Source: Nitrososphaera viennensis EN76 (GTDB lineage Archaea > Thermoproteota > Nitrososphaeria > Nitrososphaerales > Nitrososphaeraceae). Taken from it: a stretch of 32,000 nucleotides of DNA. Shown here piece after piece: positions 25,462 through 32,000 of the stretch. The notes under the pieces are model-generated. The model was not told where the DNA came from. It saw nothing but the letters and a program-made list of their open reading frames with translations, and did no database searches. Every line of letters starts with the position of its first letter. Position 1 is the first letter of the stretch. Where the stretch lies: assembly GCF_000698785.1 (NCBI RefSeq), contig NZ_CP007536.1, positions 1,680,001 through 1,712,000 of the forward strand. Direction: 5' to 3'. Both the position numbers and the translations under genes were made by a program.

Positions 25462-26421
25462 TCAGGTCTCCTGAAACACGCCGGGAACGTTCTCCAAGAG
25501 CCACCTGGCGCTTTCAAGCTGCAGCCTGCCTTGCTGCAGGTGGCCGCAGTTCAATTCTATCGTGCCCTGTACGTCCCTGCCAAGCGAATTGCAGGCGCCA
25601 AGCACGTCTGCAAAGGGTATCTCGCCGGTTCCTACCGGGAGGCCCTCGCCCCTGACTTCAAACCCACTTGCGTCGCTGATGTGGAGTAGCACAAGCGAGC
25701 TTGCAAGCGCCTTTATGCACTGGCCCCAAGAGGGCGCATGCCCGTACCTTTCCCTGTCCAGGTCGCCGGCGGGCTTGCCCTTTCCGCGGCTCAGGTAGTT
25801 TGAATACAGCTGGTAGTGGGCAAGGTCAAGGACCGTCCTGACGCCGTGTTTTTCCATCCGGCCCAGATCCGACGGGTGGAAGGGCCCGACGCTTGCCGAG
25901 TCCCCGTCATTCCTCGGGTACGTGTTTTCAACCGCCAGGATGCAGCCGTCCGCATCTTGCTCGCCAAAGAATTCCAGGAATCCCTGCTCTGCGGCCCGGT
26001 AAAGCGCAAGCTTTTCTTCATGCGTCCTTGGCATCTTGCTTGAAGGCACGTAGCTTGTCAGGTGGAACACTATTACCACCTTGCTTGAAAGGCCGGCCTC
26101 TTTTCTCACTGCCTGCGCCTCCCGGATGGTGAGCGCAAGCGACTCCTTGACCTTCTCCCGCCAGCCGTCTTCCCAGATGTTCTGGCCCCTGCCAAGTATC
26201 GGGGAGTGGTATGCAAGGTATTGTATGTCGTTGCGCGCGCAAAAACGCGAAACCATTTTGGCCCTTTCAGGAAGCGACGTCTTGGCCATCACTCCCCGGG
26301 TCTGGTGGACCTCGTGCCCCCTTATCCGGTAGCCGTGGCTTTCATGCAGCCTGTTTATGATTGCGGCAATGTTTGCAAACGCCTCTTCCTGCTGGGTTGA
26401 CTTGAGCTGCATTATTATCAT
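25462..26421 (-). CDS. Xylose isomerase-like TIM-barrel protein (sugar phosphate isomerase/epimerase family)
   Basis: 319-aa ATG ORF whose alternating beta/alpha pattern and His/Asp/Glu placement (VVIVFHLTSY, ILAVENT, VLDLAHYQ, LLHISD) resemble AP-endonuclease-2/TIM family members as I recall them. Confidence 0.7.
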   Translation of the reverse strand: MIIMQLKSTQQEEAFANIAAIINRLHESHGYRIRGHEVHQTRGVMAKTSLPERAKMVSRFCARNDIQYLAYHSPILGRGQNIWEDGWREKVKESLALTIREAQAVRKEAGLSSKVVIVFHLTSYVPSSKMPRTHEEKLALYRAAEQGFLEFFGEQDADGCILAVENTYPRNDGDSASVGPFHPSDLGRMEKHGVRTVLDLAHYQLYSNYLSRGKGKPAGDLDRERYGHAPSWGQCIKALASSLVLLHISDASGFEVRGEGLPVGTGEIPFADVLGACNSLGRDVQGTIELNCGHLQQGRLQLESARWLLENVPGVFQET

Positions 26422-26577
26422 ATGGCGGCTGCAGAACCATCGTGTGGATGGAACTTGTTTTGTATTTAATCGATGTGGAGTGTGTATATGTATATTGGCC
26501 GGGGCTATCTGCCGCAGAGGCCCTCTAGTGTACGGCTCTACATTCAGCCTGCTGAATTCTTTTAAGAGAAAAGCAGC

Positions 26578-27699
26578 CTACTTGCCCCGGAAGACGGGGT
26601 CAGGCTGAGTAGGGACGCAAGGGTGTGTGGAGGGATAGCTCCCCTGACCTCCCGATAACGACGATGATGATGCTTTTTTGCGCTGGTACAGGATTGATGC
26701 TGAAAGGACGGCTCCAAGCATTATTCCCGCCGCCTGCAGGGGGAATTCCGGGACCACCTCTGCCCCGGTGATGACGATCTGGCGTGCCCCCTCGCCGTAC
26801 TCTACCAGGACAAGCTTTTCTTTTGTCTGGGTGTCCTCGATTACAAGCGGGTCGGGTGCGGGCACGCCGTCCACGTGTACCTGGTACGGACCGCGCAGGG
26901 TCTTGTCTACGGGAACCAGCAGCCGACCGCCCTGCCCTGTAGTCGTCTGCCCGTTGTTGACCTTGATTACAAAGCGCTTGCCGGGCTCGTCAAACGCAAC
27001 GTTGACGTTGTTTGACGAGGCCCCGATCACCATGTCTATGCTGCTGTTGTTGTTGGCAGCCTGGATGTCTATGGTTTTTTTGTAGAATTTCGTGATGCCA
27101 AGGACGATTTCAAGCCCCGACCGGAGGTTGACCGGCTCGTCCACCCTGACCGTCTTTAGCGAGTTTGTAAAGTCGGGCAGGTACCTGTCGTATGCATCCC
27201 TGGACGGGGCCGAATATCCGACTGCAATCGACTTTGTCAGCGTGAAAAAGATGTAGCTGTCGGTTATCTCGTAGCGTTGCTGCTGCTCGCCCGTGCATTC
27301 CAGGATCGTATGAAACACGTTGATGCCGTTTACCGGCGCCAGCTCGGCAAGCGTCCTCTGGCATTGTTGCTGCTCCTCCTCCCCCTCTCCCTCGCCATCG
27401 CTGCCGCTGCTGCCGTCCAACCCTAGCGGGATGCGAACCCCCGACATTATCAGGTTTTTCACTTCGAGCCTGTTTGCCACGATGACGCTCATTGACGTGT
27501 CAGCCTGCGCCGCTGGGCTGAACACGGGATATTTCCCGTCTGCAAGCGTGCCGTTCCACCCCCGGGGGAACTCTATCTTGAAACCTGTGCTACTGTAACT
27601 CTCGCTGACACTTGGCAGCTGGCTTTGCGCATGTGCAGATGCAAAGCCCCCAAAGAAAAGTGCGAAAAGGAACAGCGCACCTGCCAATTCCCTTATCAC
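26578..27699 (-). CDS. Secreted protein with a PEF-type C-terminal TM anchor, 373 aa
   Basis: It has a signal peptide (ALFLFALFFGGFASAHA), an acidic Gly/Glu/Gln insert, and the C-terminal VPEFPLQAAGIMLGAVLSASILYQRKK followed by a 31-aa tail. The start is GTG at 27699, with the TATA-like ttaaattttaaag (27721-27733) about 28 nt upstream. Confidence 0.75.
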   Translation of the reverse strand: MIRELAGALFLFALFFGGFASAHAQSQLPSVSESYSSTGFKIEFPRGWNGTLADGKYPVFSPAAQADTSMSVIVANRLEVKNLIMSGVRIPLGLDGSSGSDGEGEGEEEQQQCQRTLAELAPVNGINVFHTILECTGEQQQRYEITDSYIFFTLTKSIAVGYSAPSRDAYDRYLPDFTNSLKTVRVDEPVNLRSGLEIVLGITKFYKKTIDIQAANNNSSIDMVIGASSNNVNVAFDEPGKRFVIKVNNGQTTTGQGGRLLVPVDKTLRGPYQVHVDGVPAPDPLVIEDTQTKEKLVLVEYGEGARQIVITGAEVVPEFPLQAAGIMLGAVLSASILYQRKKASSSSLSGGQGSYPSTHPCVPTQPDPVFRGK

Positions 27700-27795
27700 T
27701 TTGATGGCAACAGTTGTTGCTTAAATTTTAAAGTCTTTCTGTAATCTTGTTCTATGCAAGAAGACAGTGGCTCTTGTTCTGCACACGGACGAGCA

Positions 27796-27853
27796 GGTTC
27801 CTCCTTATATAATATCTAGCAGGGAAGGAGGAACCTTGCGCAGGATTTTTTTT
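27796..27853 (+). repeat. 11-bp perfect inverted repeat GGTTCCTCCTT / AAGGAGGAACC (18-nt spacer) followed by T8
   Basis: The arms are at 27796-27806 and 27825-27835, and the T8 run is at 27846-27853. Flanking gca/tgc extend the stem with one bulge. Confidence 0.9.
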
Positions 27854-27945
27854 CATTGCATCACAATATATTGCAGCAAGAAGGCGCCTGAAAAGGTGGC
27901 GCCTCGTCGCAAGAGGTGTACATACATGCAAACAAGCCGCCGCCG

Positions 27946-28068
27946 TTATACCAAGGCGGCCTCTTGCTCCTTTTTCCTCAGGCCCACTTCCCTCCACGCC
28001 ACTTCCAGGCCGGCAAGTGTCGTGAAAAAGCCCAGAGCGACCCACATTGCTGCTTCCAGCAGATCCAT
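27946..28068 (-). CDS. Possible 40-aa single-TM microprotein (speculative)
   Basis: My translation is MDLLEAAMWVALGFFTTLAGLEVAWREVGLRKKEQEAALV. There is no convincing promoter. Confidence 0.25.
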   Translation of the reverse strand: MDLLEAAMWVALGFFTTLAGLEVAWREVGLRKKEQEAALV

Positions 28069-28275
28069 GGAAAAAACACCGTGTGCAGGGACTACAAGGC
28101 CTGCTAACAAAAGCTTGCTCGCTTTATCTACGCAGTTCCAGCGCTATCTCTCGCTGTATACGAATCGTGCTGGAAAATTGGCAAGGTGCGTAAACGAAAT
28201 GCAGAGTTTACCCTGTGAAATTTGAAAATCCTTGCGATATTGTTGTTCTCTATCCTGCGTGCCGGACCTATATCA

Positions 28276-28413
28276 TCATTCGTACACAGGCTTGCCGTCA
28301 GACGTGTACCTCTTGACGCGCTTGGGCTGCTCGCTTGTTGTTGCGCCAGAGCCCTGCGCGGCTTCGTGCGGCTGGTCATCTTTTTTCTTGCGTAACCTGT
28401 CCAAGAATCCCAT
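28276..28413 (-). CDS. Possible 45-aa basic microprotein (speculative)
   Basis: My translation is MGFLDRLRKKKDDQPHEAAQGSGATTSEQPKRVKRYTSDGKPVYE. An A/T-rich attaatag lies just upstream. Confidence 0.3.
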   Translation of the reverse strand: MGFLDRLRKKKDDQPHEAAQGSGATTSEQPKRVKRYTSDGKPVYE

Positions 28414-28464
28414 TACCTATTAATGCATACCATGGCATATAAGGAGTGGCATTAATTATAGTCA

Positions 28465-29337
28465 TCAGGCCTGGCCGGTGCCGGTAAGCTGCTCGCTTGC
28501 CCTCCACAGCCTTTCAGCGGCGTTGTCGTCGTACGCGGCGTCAGACGCCCTGACCTGTTTTCTCTTTACGAAATACTCGCCGCTGACGCCCTCGACCTCG
28601 CTTGACGAGGCAAGGTAGATCGCAGTATCCGCGCCCTTTTGCGGGCTGGTGAAAAAGACGCTTGCAGCGCCCCAGACAAGGCCGTAGGCAGAGCCCCGCA
28701 CAAGGTTCGTCCTGACCGCCCCGGGGTGAAAGCAATTTGCAGTGACGCCCGTTCCCTGCAGGCGCCTTGCCAGCTCCCGGGTAAACAGGATGTTTGCAAG
28801 CTTGGACTGGCCGTACGCGCGTATCCCGCTGTAGTTTTTGTTCATCTGCAGGTCGTCAAAGTCTATCGTTACCCTCCTGTGGGCGACAGAGCTGGTCGTG
28901 ACTATCCTTGAAGGGGCTCCTGCCTTCAGCCTTCCAAGAAGCAGGCTGGTCAGGAGAAACGGCGCAAGGTGGTTTACCGCAAGCGTGCATTCAATGCCGT
29001 CGGCCGTCAGCTCCCTTTTTGACACGAACACGCCGGCGTTGTTTACAAGCACGTGCAGCCTGTCGTGGCTGCCGGCAAACTCTTTTGCCAGCCGGCGCAC
29101 CGACTCTTGCGACGAGAGGTCTGCGACAAGGTATGAAAGCAGGCCTGCTGAAACGCCGCGTGCGGCAGTAATAATTTCCTGCACGGCAGCCTCGCACTTT
29201 TCCCTGCTCCTGCCCACGAGCACGACTCTTGCCCCCATCTCTGCAAGGCCGGCCGCTATCTCTTTTCCGATGCCCGACGTGCTTCCCGTGACCAGGCAGG
29301 TCTTGCCTTCCATCATCATCATGATGTTGTCGTACAT
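28465..29337 (-). CDS. Short-chain dehydrogenase/reductase (classical SDR)
   Basis: Motifs present are TGSTSGIGKE (TGxxxGxG), LVNNAGV and YGQSK (YxxxK). I prefer ATG 29337 to the track TTG at 29358. Confidence 0.88.
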   Translation of the reverse strand: MYDNIMMMMEGKTCLVTGSTSGIGKEIAAGLAEMGARVVLVGRSREKCEAAVQEIITAARGVSAGLLSYLVADLSSQESVRRLAKEFAGSHDRLHVLVNNAGVFVSKRELTADGIECTLAVNHLAPFLLTSLLLGRLKAGAPSRIVTTSSVAHRRVTIDFDDLQMNKNYSGIRAYGQSKLANILFTRELARRLQGTGVTANCFHPGAVRTNLVRGSAYGLVWGAASVFFTSPQKGADTAIYLASSSEVEGVSGEYFVKRKQVRASDAAYDDNAAERLWRASEQLTGTGQA

Positions 29338-29455
29338 TTGCAGTTCGCCGGCCAGCAATATAATAACATAGTAGTCGTCGGGGTTTTTGAAAAAAGGGAA
29401 AAGAAAGAGAAGAGGATGAGGGGCGTGTGTGGCGTGTGTGTATTATCTGTATTTT

Positions 29456-32000
29456 CTACCCCGACGCGCAGCTGCTAAAGCCGCACTCGATGCAGATGTT
29501 GCACCCTTCGGTGATGACGAGCCGGGCCTTGCACGACGGGCAGGTGGTGTCCTCGTTTGAAGACATGACCTGCATCGCTGCAGGCTGGGTTGCCTTCTTG
29601 GGCACTTCAGCAACAGGCGCCGCCGGCGGCGCTGCCGTTGCCTGCTGCAAGACGGTGCCGTCGTCGACTCCCCGCTCCTTCAGTATCTTTAGCATCTGCT
29701 CGCGCACGTAGGGCTCTTGTATGTTGTTCTGGATATGGTCGGCGACGTACCTGCTCGGCTTGACGGTAAACTGCTTTTCGCCGTTGTTCTTGCCGGTGAT
29801 GTGCAATACCTGCTCCTGCCGCGAGCCGTCCCTGAACACCGTGACTCCTTTCAACCCTAGCTCGTGCGACAGCAGGTACGAGCACTTCACGTCTTCTGCA
29901 GTCACGTCGCCGGGCATGTTTATCGTCTTGGCAATCGCGTTAGAGATCCATTTCTGCCACACCGCCTGCGCCATGATGTGGTCCATCCAGTGGATGTCGA
30001 TTGCAGTGACAAACGTCCTCTGCATCCACTCCGGGATTTCGGCGATGCCTCGCACAGAGCCATAGTTGTTTGCTATCTTGGTCAGTATCTCGTCAGAGTA
30101 CAGGCCGTTTTCCTTCAGCACGTTCTCGAACACCTTGTCGGTGTAAAAGAACCTGCCAACAGTAACGCGCTTTTCAAATACAAGCGCAAACACGGGCTCG
30201 ACGCCGTTTGCCGTGTCGGCAATCATGGAAAGCGTGCCTGTCGGAGCGATTGTCGACGTCCACGAGTTGCGTATGCCATTCTTCTTTATCTTTTCAATGA
30301 GCGTAGCCCAGTCGTACGTGTGCGTCTCTTTTGGCAGCTCGTAATAGCCTGCCACCGGGATTCTGCCCTTGACATAGTCAGTGTCCTTGAACATGGGGAA
30401 CGGGCCCCTCGATTTTGCGATCGCCACGGACTCGTCCATGCTCAGATACGACACGGCCTCTGCAAGCTTGTTCATGAACTCATAGCCGTCCTTCGAGTTG
30501 TACGGGATGCGGAGAAGGAACAGCAGGTCTGCGATGCCCATGATGCCAAGGCCAATCCTCCTTGTAGCGCGGGTGTTCACCTCTATCTCCTCGACAGGAT
30601 ACTTGTTCATGTCGATGATGTTGTCAAGGAACCTCGTGGAGAGCCTTACCGCCTGCTCGTAGCGCTGCCAGTCAAACTCGTACATGCCGTCTGCCTTGCG
30701 CTTTACAAAGTTTGCAAGGTTGATGGAGCCCAGGTTGCACGACTCGTACGGGTACAGCGACTGCTCGCCGCACGGGTTTGTGGCGCGCAGCGGCCCGCCC
30801 TTTGCCTCTATGCACGGGTTGTACCTGTTGATGTTGTCGAAGAATATGACGCCCGGCTCGGCGCTCTTCCAAGCGGAAAGCGCGATCAGGTCTATCAGCT
30901 GCTGCGCGTCGATCTGCCTCATCGGCTCGTGGGTGCGCGGGTTTCTCAGCGTGTATTTGTGGTTTCCGTCCTTGCTGACAAGGGCCTTCCAGAAATCCTC
31001 CCAGATGCCCACCGAGACGTTGAAATTCTCAAAGACGCCCGGCTTGGTCTTGGCCGTGACGAATTTTTCCACGTCGGGGTGCCACGCCTCAAGGATGCCC
31101 ATGTTTGCGCCGCGCCTTTTGCCGCCCTGCTTTACCACGTCGGTGATCGTATCGATTATCCTCATAAAAGACGTCGGCCCGGAAGCGACGCCGGACGTCG
31201 AAGCGACGATGTCGCCCTCCGGCCTCAGGTCCGAGTAGTTGATGCCCACTCCGCCTCCTGACTTGAATATCATCGCCGCGTCAGTCGACGACTTCATTAT
31301 CCTGTTCATGTCGTCGGGCATGTCAAGCACGAAGCACGCCGACAGTTGCCCGAGCCTTGCGCCGGCGTTCATGAGCGTCGGCGTGTTGGGCAAAAAGTCG
31401 CGCGATATCATGAGGTTATAGTATTCCCTTATGCGGTCGCTGTATGTGGCCATCTTGCCCTCTGCCACCAGCCTTAACAATTCTTTAAAGCTGACCTTCA
31501 TCTGGCCCTGCTTTGCGCCGTGGATGTACGAGCGTACCATCGCCTCAAAGTGGTAGCGGTTGAGCCAGTATTCGCCTATCTTTAGCTTCATGTCAAAGTC
31601 GGCAAGCTTGTGGTAGTATTTTGCGGCCTCTTCCGCGTCCTGCACGTGGCCTCCTGCGAGGTTGAACACCTGCGGGTCGTGCATCACGTCTGCGATGCCG
31701 ACAAGGATTGCGACCCTTTCAAACATCTGCTTGGGGCTCTCGACTATCTCGTTGTTTTCGTCGCGCAAAAGGTAACGCGCCGCAAGCACGCGCAGCGAGT
31801 TGATGTCAAAGGCCTTGTCGACCTCGTCCAGGTCCTTCTTGTTCAGGACCTTCATCTTTTCGTCCCTTACCTTCCTGCGCTCGTGCCTGTAGAGTATGTA
31901 GGACTTTGCCGTTTCCGACAGCCCTTCCTCTATCAGTATGGACTCGACCATGTCCTGGACGTCTTCCACTGTGGCGACTGCCTTTTCAGAGCCATAGCCC
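29456..32000 (-). CDS. nrdJ: Class II (adenosylcobalamin-type) ribonucleotide reductase with an ATP-cone and a C-terminal zinc ribbon; the 5' end lies right of the window
   Basis: The active site RATNPCGEQSLYPYESCNLGSINL is present, and the C-terminus has CPSCKARLVITEGCNICIECG. The track start at 31969 is an internal GTG. The frame stays open to base 32000 (GYGSEKAVAT precedes VEDVQDMVESILIEEGLSETAKSYILYRHERRK, the end of an ATP-cone). Confidence 0.93.
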   Translation of the reverse strand, partial: GYGSEKAVATVEDVQDMVESILIEEGLSETAKSYILYRHERRKVRDEKMKVLNKKDLDEVDKAFDINSLRVLAARYLLRDENNEIVESPKQMFERVAILVGIADVMHDPQVFNLAGGHVQDAEEAAKYYHKLADFDMKLKIGEYWLNRYHFEAMVRSYIHGAKQGQMKVSFKELLRLVAEGKMATYSDRIREYYNLMISRDFLPNTPTLMNAGARLGQLSACFVLDMPDDMNRIMKSSTDAAMIFKSGGGVGINYSDLRPEGDIVASTSGVASGPTSFMRIIDTITDVVKQGGKRRGANMGILEAWHPDVEKFVTAKTKPGVFENFNVSVGIWEDFWKALVSKDGNHKYTLRNPRTHEPMRQIDAQQLIDLIALSAWKSAEPGVIFFDNINRYNPCIEAKGGPLRATNPCGEQSLYPYESCNLGSINLANFVKRKADGMYEFDWQRYEQAVRLSTRFLDNIIDMNKYPVEEIEVNTRATRRIGLGIMGIADLLFLLRIPYNSKDGYEFMNKLAEAVSYLSMDESVAIAKSRGPFPMFKDTDYVKGRIPVAGYYELPKETHTYDWATLIEKIKKNGIRNSWTSTIAPTGTLSMIADTANGVEPVFALVFEKRVTVGRFFYTDKVFENVLKENGLYSDEILTKIANNYGSVRGIAEIPEWMQRTFVTAIDIHWMDHIMAQAVWQKWISNAIAKTINMPGDVTAEDVKCSYLLSHELGLKGVTVFRDGSRQEQVLHITGKNNGEKQFTVKPSRYVADHIQNNIQEPYVREQMLKILKERGVDDGTVLQQATAAPPAAPVAEVPKKATQPAAMQVMSSNEDTTCPSCKARLVITEGCNICIECGFSSCASG

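Noticed and set aside
27767-28225. 152-aa + ORF and 97-aa/83-aa minus ORFs between the 373-aa gene and the SDR
   Set aside because: The sequences are Arg/Ser/Ala/Cys-rich and non-protein-like, and they overlap each other. Only two tiny ORFs (27946..28068, 28276..28413) look marginally plausible, and I listed those at low confidence.
29456-29560. C-terminal CxxC...CxxC zinc ribbon on the RNR as a novelty
   Set aside because: As far as I recall, a Cys-rich zinc-finger tail is an already described feature of many class II RNRs, so it is not new.
29864-31261. 465-aa + strand ORF (plus 30684..31238 and others) antisense to the ribonucleotide reductase gene
   Set aside because: The composition is Arg/Ala/Val/His-rich and typical of antisense frames in high-GC coding DNA. 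It lies entirely inside a strongly supported nrdJ gene, and no motif is present.
1-32000. Looked for rRNA, tRNA (T-arm GGTTCRAnTCC-like strings), CRISPR repeats, integrases and att-like flanks
   Set aside because: None were seen by eye. The only repeat-bounded mobile element is the IS at 8970..9674. A proper tRNAscan/Infernal/CRISPR scan would be needed to exclude small RNAs.

Overview
This window looks like archaeal chromosome. Gene content (TFB, thermosome, PAC2, cupredoxin-like exoproteins, class II RNR) and TATA boxes about 25-35 nt upstream of start codons suggest a Nitrososphaera-type thaumarchaeon; that assignment is inference only. The higher-GC core genes (about 55-60% in the lines I sampled) are: thermosome (5' partial), UspA, TFB, a dienelactone-hydrolase-like esterase, MscS channel, class III nucleotidyl cyclase, HtpX, a wHTH regulator, DPS-like ferritin, Rieske ferredoxin, NAD synthetase, a TIM-barrel isomerase, an SDR, and class II ribonucleotide reductase (runs off the right edge). 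Between them lie AT-richer blocks (sampled lines 28-48% GC) holding orphan genes and several zinc-finger ORFs below the 60-aa track cutoff. The best-supported observations are: (1) a 705-bp IS6-type element with 16-bp inverted repeats and an 8-bp target duplication that splits a Tat-exported Rieske gene, which can be rejoined in frame; (2) two more broken genes beside it, a frameshifted M50/CBS site-2 protease and a multiply damaged PAC2 chaperone; (3) a secreted cupredoxin-fold protein whose Cys, His and Met copper ligands are replaced by Asp, Asp and Ala; (4) a 49-aa ORF matching the classical eukaryote-type C2H2 finger consensus; (5) four phased 10-bp repeats; (6) alternating purine-pyrimidine TGTGTAT-type tracts recurring in gene 3' flanks; (7) an SD/anti-SD hairpin followed by a T8 run, a candidate small RNA. 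I saw no rRNA, tRNA or CRISPR array. I could not recognise a defined multi-gene defence or secretion system. The most likely places for novelty are the AT-rich island at about 16.05-19.0 kb (tail-anchored TolB-like propeller plus a 279-aa orphan) and the adjacent 587-aa orphan. All homology calls are by-eye motif recognition with no searches run.
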